From Clostridia bacterium (GTDB lineage: Bacteria; Bacillota; Clostridia; Oscillospirales; CAG-272), in contig JAFVUF010000012.1 of the NCBI GenBank assembly GCA_017502875.1, positions 168,952 to 232,951 of the forward strand: DNA of 64,000 bases, given 5' to 3'. A program made the position numbers and the translations under genes. Positions within the stretch are counted from its first letter, which is position 1. Each line of letters opens with the position of its first letter. The notes beneath the pieces were generated by a model. The model saw only the letters and a list, made by a program, of their open reading frames with translations, did no database searches and was not told the DNA's origin. Below, piece by piece: positions 28,544 to 36,729 of the stretch.

Positions 28544-29131
28544 GTGCCTGTTGGCACAAGCTTTTTGAAAAAAGCTTGACCAAAACTTCTCTTACGGGCT
28601 GCCGCCCAACACTTAACAAACACTTACTCTGTTTAAAATCTTTACAAGGAAGCCGTAGGCTTTAACTTAGCGGCGCTCGAAATGCTCAACGTTCTCAAAA
28701 GTACGCGCCGCCAATTCGCCAACGGGGGCGTCCCCGGTCGCCGCAGGCCGTTGCCTGCCGTCGCCATTTGCCTCCAGGCGCTCGCCTGGCGCAATGACTT
28801 TTTCTTTGGGAAGAAGCAGAGCCCAAAGAAAAAGTAACAAAAAGAAAGGCTCGTTTGGGATATTTCGCTCTCTGCGGAGAGCGACAAGGCTCCGCGCCTT
28901 GACTGCGCCGCCTTTTGAAAAAGGTGGGCGAAAACTTCTAAGCATTGTGAACTTCTGTGCAAACCTTAGTGTAGCGAAGCGAACCTCGACTTAGCGGCGC
29001 TCGAAATGTTCGACGTTCTCAAAACTACACGCCGCCATTTGCCTCCGGGCGCTTGCCTGGCGCCGCCATTTGCCTACAGGCGCTTGCCTGGCGATTGCCA
29101 TTTGCCTACAGGCGCTCGCCTGCCGATTGCC
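28544..29131 (+). repeat. Family-A composite array A6 (at least two elements plus extra CCAGGCG hairpin units)
   Basis: GTGCCTGTTGGCACAAGCTTTTTGAAAAAAGCTTG..; GCAGGCCGTTGCCTGC variant hairpin; second full module series; three tandem GCCATTTGCCT(C/A)C(A/G)GGCGCT(T/C)GCCTGGCG units; overlaps the degV 3' end. Confidence 0.9.
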
Positions 29132-29996
29132 AGAAGAACAGCGCGACTGTTCCGGGACCGGTATGGCTTCCTATGGCAGTGCCGATATTTTTTATCTCGA
29201 CCTTGCCGTCAAGCTTGGGGAAATACTCCTCGATAAGCCGCGCGAGCGCTACGGCGTCCTCCTCACAGGCGGAATGAGAAATATAGCACTTCCCGCTGTA
29301 ATCCTTGCCGTCCATCGCCAGCTCAGCCATTTTACCAAACGCCGCCTTGATAGCGTTCTTTTTGGCGCGGTGCTTTTCCCTAGGAACGAGCTTGCCCTCG
29401 GACGAAACGTGCATAAGAGGGCATATCCTCAGAATAGTTCCGACGAAGCCCGCAACCCTTGAAACGCGTCCGCCCTTGACAAAAAAGGTAAGGTCGCTTG
29501 AAAAGAACCAATGCGCTAGTCTAAGCTTGTTTTCCTCAGCCCAGCTCGCTAGAGACTCAATATCCATTCCCTCGTCTCGCTTATCGGCGAGCGCGTCCAT
29601 AAGCAGACCGTAGCCCGACGCGGCGCAAAGCGAATCGACAATGATAAGCTTCCTTTCGGGGAATTCCTCCATTAATATCTCTCGCGCCTGCACAGCCGAA
29701 TTGTAAACCCCCGAAAGCCCCGACGAAAGCGAGACGTGGATAACGTCCCTTCCCGCCTTCAAAAACGGCGTGAAATACTCAACAAACTCATCAATATTTA
29801 TCTGAGAGGTCTTGGTCTCCGCACCGTTTGCCATCGACTCGTAAAACTTATCTATCGGCATACTCTGTCCGAGGTCGTCCGTGTACTCAACGCCGTCAAG
29901 ATAGTAATGGAAGCAGGCGTAGCTTATATCCCTTTTCTCAAAATGCTCCTTTGTCAAATCCGCCGTCGAACAGCAGCTTAATACGTAATTTGTCAT
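29106..29996 (-). CDS. DegV-family fatty-acid-binding protein
   Basis: Start trimmed to MTNYVLSCCSTADL; DegV-like throughout; last ~7 codons and the TAG stop lie in repeat A6. Confidence 0.8.
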   Translation of the reverse strand: MTNYVLSCCSTADLTKEHFEKRDISYACFHYYLDGVEYTDDLGQSMPIDKFYESMANGAETKTSQINIDEFVEYFTPFLKAGRDVIHVSLSSGLSGVYNSAVQAREILMEEFPERKLIIVDSLCAASGYGLLMDALADKRDEGMDIESLASWAEENKLRLAHWFFSSDLTFFVKGGRVSRVAGFVGTILRICPLMHVSSEGKLVPREKHRAKKNAIKAAFGKMAELAMDGKDYSGKCYISHSACEEDAVALARLIEEYFPKLDGKVEIKNIGTAIGSHTGPGTVALFFWQSAGERL

Positions 29997-30149
29997 GTCT
30001 TTTACATTTCCTTTCGTACCCCGTCTCCGAGGGGGTGATGCTTTACGGTACAATTATACCCACATTTCCCGCCTTATGCAACCTACTGCTCCGTTTTAAT
30101 ACTCTACCTGTAAAAGCCGCCTGTGTAGAGTTGAAAAAATCAACCTCTA

Positions 30150-30192
30150 CGAAAAAGAAAATGCGACTCCACGAATCGTGGAATCGCATTTA
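30150..30192 (-). terminator. Intrinsic terminator of the small N-rich gene
   Basis: On minus strand AATGCGATTCCACGATTCGTGGAGTCGCATT followed by TTCTTTTTC. Confidence 0.65.
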
Positions 30193-30212
30193 AGGGTTAA
30201 ATAAAACGGCGC

Positions 30213-30437
30213 TTATCTGTCCTGCTCGAAGCCTACGCCCATACCGCTTTGGTAACGGTTATCCTGCATAGCCGCCTTAGTCTTGTTCTGAGAAGCGGCG
30301 CCGTTATTTGTGCCGGAGCCTTGCTTTTTGCCGCTTGCCTTGTTATTCTGAGCCTTGCCGTTATTGCTATTTACAACCTTAACGTTATTTAAGGCGTTTT
30401 TGCCATTTTTGTTTTCACAGTTCTTTTCGTTATTCAT
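30213..30437 (-). CDS. Hypothetical small Asn/Gly/Lys-rich protein (74 aa)
   Basis: Low-complexity ORF with own terminator; RBS GGAGAG upstream; composition reminiscent of small spore proteins but no family recognised. Confidence 0.45.
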   Translation of the reverse strand: MNNEKNCENKNGKNALNNVKVVNSNNGKAQNNKASGKKQGSGTNNGAASQNKTKAAMQDNRYQSGMGVGFEQDR

Positions 30438-30552
30438 TTTCGCACTCTCCTTTCCGATTTTAGTATGTCATATCAAACGAAAATTATACTTTGCCGCCGA
30501 TAGCTGATTTTTGTTCAACAGTAAATTTTTTTTAAACTTCGACATAATAGTA

Positions 30553-30581
30553 TTGAAAACCTCTTTTAAAAGAGGTATAAT
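30553..30581 (+). promoter_or_regulatory. Sigma-A-type promoter
   Basis: TTGAAA, 17-nt spacer, TATAAT. Confidence 0.6.
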
Positions 30582-30659
30582 ATGGTTATGAAAAGCCCGT
30601 TTTCAGCGTTTTCGGCGGTTGCGGGCGCGATGAAAACTAAGGAAAGGAAGCCGTAAGCC

Positions 30660-31298
30660 GTGAAGGAGCTAAAGGAAATAACCGCAAAAAACATAACCGA
30701 GCTGCGCCTTCGCGCTAAAATGACTCAGCTTGAGCTCGGCAACGCCATCAGCTACTCCGACAAAGCAGTATCAAAGTGGGAGCGAGGCGAGGCGATTCCG
30801 GACGCGTACGTGCTTCTTCAGCTTTCGGAGATTTTCGGGGTAAGCGTTGACTATCTCCTCAAAGACCACGAGGGAGAGCCTATACCGAGGGCGCGCAGAA
30901 GCCGAGCAAATCACGCAAGCATAACGGCTCTGGCGATAATTGCCGTATGGACGGTCTTCGCCGTGGCGTACATTGCGGTTAATCTGGCGACGAAGGGCTA
31001 CTCTTATTGGCTGTTTTTTGTATACGCAACCGTCGTTTCGCTTATAATACTGACGGTATTCAATACCATCTGGGGTAAAAAGTCGCTCAACATACTGATA
31101 GTGGGAGCGCTGGTCGCCTCGCTTATCGCCACGGTATACCTTATCCTGCTTTCAGTCGGTAATTTCTGGCAGATACTGCTGCTCATCATACCCGCCGAGC
31201 TTATCGTGATATGCTGCTTCAAGCTGAAAATAAAAAAGGTAACGGACATTTTCAAGCCTAAAAATACCGCGGAAAAGCACGCGCAGGAAAACGAATAA
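30660..31298 (+). CDS. XRE-family HTH protein with four C-terminal TM helices
   Basis: GTG start after RBS AAGGAAAGGAAG; HTH MTQLELGNAISYSDKAVSKWERGEAIPD; hydrophobic C-terminal half. Confidence 0.7.
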   Translation: MKELKEITAKNITELRLRAKMTQLELGNAISYSDKAVSKWERGEAIPDAYVLLQLSEIFGVSVDYLLKDHEGEPIPRARRSRANHASITALAIIAVWTVFAVAYIAVNLATKGYSYWLFFVYATVVSLIILTVFNTIWGKKSLNILIVGALVASLIATVYLILLSVGNFWQILLLIIPAELIVICCFKLKIKKVTDIFKPKNTAEKHAQENE

Positions 31299-31311
31299 AA
31301 CCGGTTCTACC

Positions 31312-31341
31312 AAGGTCGCCGCGCACGGCGGCCTTTTTTGT
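31312..31341 (+). terminator. Intrinsic terminator
   Basis: AAGGTCGCCG CGCA CGGCGGCCTT followed by TTTTGT. Confidence 0.8.
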
Positions 31342-31399
31342 CGCCGATTTACTCTCACAAAAGCCTTAGTAATTTTTATGCCAAAGTTGAAAAACCCCC

Positions 31400-31428
31400 T
31401 TGAATTTTTTTAATACTGATGTTATAAT
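31400..31428 (+). promoter_or_regulatory. Sigma-A-type promoter of ftsK
   Basis: TTGAAT, 17-nt spacer, TATAAT. Confidence 0.55.
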
Positions 31429-31502
31429 ATAATCTGTATAATTATTTTTATTTAGAGTAATAATATCTTTTGTGTTAGATCTAAGCGGAAAGGACGTACA
31501 GA

Positions 31503-34500
31503 ATGAAGAGCAAAAAAAGTGTCAAAAAACCAAATGGCGCGCGAGCTTCCTCCAAATCGGGAGCGAAAAGACGCGTTGCCTTGAATAAAAGCGGCAGAAC
31601 CTCGATACCGAAACAAAAGCTCTCTGACAAGCGCAAGAAATCAATATTCTCCGCTATAACGCCCTTTATTCTGTTTGCGGTGTCGCTTCTGCTTGAAACC
31701 TGCTTTCTGCTGCCGGAGAAGTCAGGCGGCGCGGGAATACTTGTCCACGACCTTTTCTTCGGGCTTTTCGGCTCGGTTTCGCACGTGATAGCGATAGGCT
31801 TACTGCTTATCTCATTCTTCTACAAGGATTTGAGCGAGCGCGGAGCTTTGCGCTATAAGCTCGTGCTTTTTGCCGTTCTCGCAGCCGTACTCACCTCCGC
31901 TAACACCTTGGCGGCGCAGAACGGCCTAAAAGACGCCGCGTTCTCTTTAAATACATTTTGGCAGACGGGAACGCTCGCTGAAAGCGGCGGAGTTTTCGGG
32001 GGAGTACTTGGCTTCCTGTTCTCAAAATTATTCGGCGGCATAGCCGCCACCGTGATAACCGTTATCGTCTCAGTAGCGCTGGCAAGCCTTTGCTTTGGAA
32101 AGACCAGGCTCGGCGTTTGGCAAGTATTCGTCAGGGATAAAAACGGCGAAAGCGCTATGCGCCCGCAGCAGCATACCGCGCCCGCAATGCCCGAAAGTGC
32201 CCCCGTCGTAGCAAACGCCGGCGCCCCTCAGATAACGGAGATAACCGTTCCGAGAAGAATAGACACCCTTCTTTCTAATGATATCACAGAAAGCGAGCCG
32301 TCCGCGCCGCAGCTTTCCGAGCCTGAGCAGCTTATCCCAGAGCTTGTCGGCGGAGAGGCGGAAAACGCGCCCGAATATGCCGACGGCGTGCAGTCGGACG
32401 GTCAACTTACCGACCTTGACGATTTCGACGACAGCCTCGGCGAGGGAGACGGACTTCGTTCAAGCTATCGCCCCGCGGACTTAATGGAGGATTTCGGCTT
32501 CCGAGCCGAGCAGACGAAAAAAACGGAAAAGCAGGATATTTACAGCGAGGAGCCGAAGCCTGCGCCCGCAAGGCCTATTGAAGTGCCGAGAACAGCGCCC
32601 GCAGCGCCCAAAAAGCAGGAAAGCCCCGAAGCTCCAAGAGGATATTCACCGTTTGCGACCATTATGTCCAAGGAGGAGTTTTTTGGCGAAAGAGACGCCA
32701 AAAAAACCTACGATACCCCTGAAAATACAGCCGCCCCGTCCGTTAAGACAGTGGCTTATTCCCCGTTTTCCGACCCGATTGCAAGTATGAACGCGCCTAA
32801 GCGCGATGTAACCGACCTTCCTCCCCAGAGCTATATAGCCGCGGGTCAGGAAAAAATATGGGAGGATATGCGCGAGCAGGCTCGGATTATCGAAAATGAG
32901 CATAATGCCGCCGCAAAGGCAGCCGAGGAGACGGAAAACGAGCCTGTTTTCTCAAAAGCCGCACTGTCGTTCAACGAATTCAGTCATAACGACGGCACCG
33001 GTCGTAGCGACGACACCGCTTATGAGCCACATTTCTGTGCAAAAAATGATGTTTCAAGCGTATCCGGTCGTAGCGACGGCACCGATAATTACGGTATTTC
33101 CGCTAAGTTTTCAGCTATTGAGGATAACCAAAATAGCTTTTCACCCGTACCCACCAAGGACGAGCTTTATTCAAGTGATCCGATGGCAGACTTCGCCCCC
33201 GCCCAAAACGAAAAGCCGAGCTTTTCCTCGGCGTTCCCCGAAAGACACGAGCCTGTTCAGTCAGCGCCCGTATTCACTAATGAGCCTAAGCCGACGCCCA
33301 CTTATACTGAGTCGGCGCCCGCCCAGCCTAAAAATCCAATAATTCCACCTGCCCAACCGAAAATTTCCGTTACGAGCGCACCCGTAACACCCGAAAGGGC
33401 CGTTCCCGTAATGCCTGCGGAAAACACCCATTCCGCGTTTGACGACGATATAACGGCACCCGAGCAGGAGGACGAAATCGCCCGTCCCGTAGCCGAGCAA
33501 GAGCCGGAGCGCGACCCAAGAGTTATAAATCCGTTCAGCCGATACACCAAGCTCCGCTATCCGAAATACGTAAAGCCGCCGACGTCCCTTCTCGACGAGG
33601 CGGATAACACAAAAAAGATATCCGAGGAAGAAATCCACGCGGTAATGCGGAAGATACTCGACAAATTCGAATCCTTCCACGTTGACGTGTCGATTACCGG
33701 TTACAGCGCCGGCCCGTCAATTACTCGCTATGAGGTTACCCCCGGACCGGGCGTAAAATACAAGCAGGTAACGGGACTTGCCGAGGATATAGGACTTGCC
33801 CTGCAATCCGACACTATAAAGGGCGAGGTGCGTATAGTTACGGTTCCGGGTAAGCCCGTAATCGGTATCGAGGTGCCAAACAGCGTGGTCTCCAAGGTAT
33901 CGCTGCGTAGCCTTGTCGAAAATCCCGACTTTCAGAAGGCTAAGAGCAAGATAACCGTATGCGTAGGCCTTACGGTTTCGGGTAAGCCTGTCTATATGAA
34001 TATAGACGATATGCCCCACGTTCTCGTCGCGGGTCAGACAAAGTCGGGTAAATCTGTCGCTATCAACGCTATGATTATGAGTATAATCTACCGCGCCTCT
34101 CCCGACGAGGTTCAGTTCATTCTCGTTGACCCAAAGCAAGTAGAGCTGAGCATATACAACGATATTCCGCATATGGTAATGCCCGTTATAGACGACCCAA
34201 AGCGCGCGGCGGGAGCGCTGCAATGGGCAGTCGCGGAGATGGAGCGCCGTTATACCCTCATCAAAAACGCGCGTGTGCGCGACCGTGAGGAGTATTACAG
34301 AATGAAGGACCAGAACCCCGACTTTGAGTATATGCCTCAGATAATAATTATTATCGACGAGCTTGCCGACCTTATGCTTCAAGTGCGTGAGCACGTTGAG
34401 GAGCCTATCAACCGACTTGCCGCTAAGGCAAGAGCCTGCGGAATCAACCTCGTTATCGGTACGCAAAGACCGTCAACGGATATCGTTACAGGTCTGATTA

Positions 34501-35060
34501 AGGCTAATATTCCGTCGAAAATAGCGTTCCGAGTCGCCTCAAACGTTGACTCGCGAGTCATTCTCGGTAACGTAGGCGCCGAAAAGCTGCTTGGCCGTGG
34601 CGATATGCTCTATCACCCCACGGGCGGCAACCAGATAAGAGCGCAAGGCGCTTTCGTCGATACGCCTGAGATAAAGCGCGTGCTTGACTTCATTATCGAA
34701 AACAACGGCGCGGTTGAATACGACCCCGAAATTCTTTACAGACTCCAAAGCGAGACGGATAAGCTGAATAAGACGGATAAGAAATCCGCCATAGGAGGCG
34801 ACGACGACTTTGCCGTTGATACCGCCGATATAGATTTTGACTATCTCTGCCAAGCTGTTGAGCTTGTCATTAATCTCGGAAAGGCGACCACAAACGTTAT
34901 CCAGAGACACTTGAAAATCGGCTTCAACCGAGCGTCAAATATAGTTGATAAGCTTGAGGACCTCGGCTTTATCTCCAAGAGCAACGGAAGCAGTAAGCCA
35001 AGAGACGTAACCGTTACTATGGCTGAATACCTCGAATGGAAAAACTCACACCAGAAGTAA
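31503..35060 (+). CDS. ftsK: DNA translocase FtsK/SpoIIIE
   Basis: 1185 aa; N-terminal TM helices, ~480-aa Pro/Ala/Glu-rich linker, motor domain with Walker A GQTKSGKSV and IIIIDELADLM, C-terminal gamma winged helix. Confidence 0.93.
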   Translation: MKSKKSVKKPNGARASSKSGAKRRVALNKSGRTSIPKQKLSDKRKKSIFSAITPFILFAVSLLLETCFLLPEKSGGAGILVHDLFFGLFGSVSHVIAIGLLLISFFYKDLSERGALRYKLVLFAVLAAVLTSANTLAAQNGLKDAAFSLNTFWQTGTLAESGGVFGGVLGFLFSKLFGGIAATVITVIVSVALASLCFGKTRLGVWQVFVRDKNGESAMRPQQHTAPAMPESAPVVANAGAPQITEITVPRRIDTLLSNDITESEPSAPQLSEPEQLIPELVGGEAENAPEYADGVQSDGQLTDLDDFDDSLGEGDGLRSSYRPADLMEDFGFRAEQTKKTEKQDIYSEEPKPAPARPIEVPRTAPAAPKKQESPEAPRGYSPFATIMSKEEFFGERDAKKTYDTPENTAAPSVKTVAYSPFSDPIASMNAPKRDVTDLPPQSYIAAGQEKIWEDMREQARIIENEHNAAAKAAEETENEPVFSKAALSFNEFSHNDGTGRSDDTAYEPHFCAKNDVSSVSGRSDGTDNYGISAKFSAIEDNQNSFSPVPTKDELYSSDPMADFAPAQNEKPSFSSAFPERHEPVQSAPVFTNEPKPTPTYTESAPAQPKNPIIPPAQPKISVTSAPVTPERAVPVMPAENTHSAFDDDITAPEQEDEIARPVAEQEPERDPRVINPFSRYTKLRYPKYVKPPTSLLDEADNTKKISEEEIHAVMRKILDKFESFHVDVSITGYSAGPSITRYEVTPGPGVKYKQVTGLAEDIGLALQSDTIKGEVRIVTVPGKPVIGIEVPNSVVSKVSLRSLVENPDFQKAKSKITVCVGLTVSGKPVYMNIDDMPHVLVAGQTKSGKSVAINAMIMSIIYRASPDEVQFILVDPKQVELSIYNDIPHMVMPVIDDPKRAAGALQWAVAEMERRYTLIKNARVRDREEYYRMKDQNPDFEYMPQIIIIIDELADLMLQVREHVEEPINRLAAKARACGINLVIGTQRPSTDIVTGLIKANIPSKIAFRVASNVDSRVILGNVGAEKLLGRGDMLYHPTGGNQIRAQGAFVDTPEIKRVLDFIIENNGAVEYDPEILYRLQSETDKLNKTDKKSAIGGDDDFAVDTADIDFDYLCQAVELVINLGKATTNVIQRHLKIGFNRASNIVDKLEDLGFISKSNGSSKPRDVTVTMAEYLEWKNSHQK
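33000..33152 (+). repeat. Family-C intragenic element, two tandem in-frame copies (66 nt + 87 nt) inside the ftsK linker
   Basis: Both start GGTCGTAGCGACG(A/G)CACCG; the 87-nt copy (33066-33152) matches the mnmG copy at about 72/87 ungapped positions (hand count). Confidence 0.85.
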
Positions 35061-35076
35061 CCGTTTGTTGAAACGT

Positions 35077-35164
35077 TTTTCCGGCTTTCTTGAAAGAAAG
35101 CCTCGGCAAAGAACTCTGTACACCGCCAGCCCCCAATTTTATAGGAAACTGTCGGTGTATATAA
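35077..35164 (+). repeat. Family-B-like repeat B13 (variant head), head-first; ~17 nt after the ftsK stop
   Basis: TTTTCCGGCTTTCTTGAAAGAAAGCCTCGGCAAAGAACTCTGTACACCGCCAGC..CTGTCGGTGTATATAAT. Confidence 0.8.
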
Positions 35165-35342
35165 TTTTCACGAGGTTTGCTCAAAAAAGGGAAAACCCTC
35201 CGTTCCAATGGGCTTGTACACCGCATCAGGTTAGGATTTGAGTTATATAGTCTACGTTTATACATTCAGATTATGTGCTTTTTAATCCAAGCCTTTTCGT
35301 CGAAGTAGATACACTGTTTTATTTGAAGCTTTGTAAAAAAGA

Positions 35343-35471
35343 CTATATAATCAATGCTTCGTATATATGCGAGGCATTGATTATACAAAAGCTTTTGCGC
35401 CGACGTTTGCAAAGCAAACTCGTAAGGAAACTTTAGTTTCTAAAGCTTCTTCTCGAAAAGCGCGTATCTCC
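35343..35471 (-). repeat. Family-B repeat B14 (extended variant), tail-first; head ~30 nt before the DJ-1 start
   Basis: TATATAATCAATGCTTCGTATATATGCGAGGCATTGATTATACAAAAGCTTTTGCGCCGACGTTTGCAAAGCAAACTCGTAAGGAAACTTTAGTTTCTAAAGCTTCTTCTCGAAAAGCGCGTATCTCC. Confidence 0.9.
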
Positions 35472-35500
35472 TTCTACCAAAACGTTGAAAGGAAAATCAT

Positions 35501-36046
35501 ATGATATATATTTATTTAGCGCAGGGCTTTGAGGAAACGGAGATGATATTTCCTCTCGACCTTATGCGTCGCGCGGGACTTGACGTAAAAACCGTATCGG
35601 TTACGGGCGAGCTTAACGTAACCGGCTCACACGGCATAACCGTAAAGGCGGACATGCTGGTAAGCGACCCAAGCTACGACCTGTCAGACGTCCAGCTCGT
35701 TATGCTTCCGGGCGGAATGCCGGGCACGATAAATCTCGAAAAAAGCGCAGAGGTGCAAAAGGCGATACGCTACGCCTACGACAGCGGCAGATACATTGCC
35801 GCTATATGCGCCGCCCCCCTCGTTCTCGGAAACGCTGGACTGCTTAAAGGAAAAAAGGCGGTGTGCTACCCGGGCTTTGAAAAGTACCTTGCGGGCGCCG
35901 AAAACCCCGCCAACAGATGCGTAACGGACGGAAAAATAATCACGGCAGTCGGCTGCGGCGCGGCGGCGGAGCTTGGCTTTGCTATAATAACCGAGCTTTG
36001 CGGCGCGCAGACAGCGGAGAGTATAAAAAATGGAATTCTCGCATAA
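35501..36046 (+). CDS. DJ-1/PfpI-family protein
   Basis: 181 aa; nucleophile elbow AAICAAP; DJ-1/ThiJ-like throughout. Confidence 0.85.
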   Translation: MIYIYLAQGFEETEMIFPLDLMRRAGLDVKTVSVTGELNVTGSHGITVKADMLVSDPSYDLSDVQLVMLPGGMPGTINLEKSAEVQKAIRYAYDSGRYIAAICAAPLVLGNAGLLKGKKAVCYPGFEKYLAGAENPANRCVTDGKIITAVGCGAAAELGFAIITELCGAQTAESIKNGILA

Positions 36047-36659
36047 GAGCTTCGGGGACAGAGCCCCGCGTGTTAACCTGAGAGAGCTTAAAAACGAGCT
36101 TAGAAAAACCTACCGAGCCAAGCGCGCGGCGCTTGATGCGGACGAAAAGGCGGAAATGGACGCCGCTATATGCGCAAGACTAACTTCGCTTGTCAGCGTT
36201 CGCTACGCGGACGAAATTTTAAGCTTTTCGCCACTTGCGGGTGAAATCGACGTAACGGCTTTTAACCTCTACGCCCTCAAAAACGGCAAGGAGCTATACC
36301 TTCCGAGGTGCGTTAAGGGGACGCCGGAGATGAATTTCCACCTTGTTGACAGCCTTGACTGTCTTGAAGCAGGCTCGTTTTCGATAAGCGAGCCAAGCCC
36401 TGACGCGCCAATCTGGAAAAACGAGCAGGGAAAGCGCGCGGTCTGCATTATACCCGCAATGTCGTACGACCGAAACGGATACCGCCTCGGCTACGGAAAG
36501 GGCTACTACGACCGCCATCTTTCAAGCAAAAGCGCGCTGAAAATCGGCGTCTGCTATACCGATTTTCTTTCCGACTCGATACCCAGAGGCAGATATGACC
36601 TCGCGGTTGACGTCATAGTTACCGAAAAGGGCATTATTACCGTAGGAAAAAAGGGTTAA
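36030..36659 (+). CDS. 5-formyltetrahydrofolate cyclo-ligase
   Basis: 209 aa; GYRLGYGKGYYDR motif; overlaps the previous gene by 17 nt. Confidence 0.8.
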   Translation: MEFSHKSFGDRAPRVNLRELKNELRKTYRAKRAALDADEKAEMDAAICARLTSLVSVRYADEILSFSPLAGEIDVTAFNLYALKNGKELYLPRCVKGTPEMNFHLVDSLDCLEAGSFSISEPSPDAPIWKNEQGKRAVCIIPAMSYDRNGYRLGYGKGYYDRHLSSKSALKIGVCYTDFLSDSIPRGRYDLAVDVIVTEKGIITVGKKG

Positions 36660-36729
36660 AAGAACGTCTATAAAGGAAAACTAAGTTTATAACAGTTCAT
36701 TTTTCGGGTATTCAAGCACTATCGCGCAA

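Noticed and set aside
30438-30659. oriC located in the divergent-transcription spacer at 30.5 kb.
   Set aside because: No DnaA-box-like 9-mers are visible there and there is no obvious AT-rich unwinding element. I kept it only as a gene-orientation observation.
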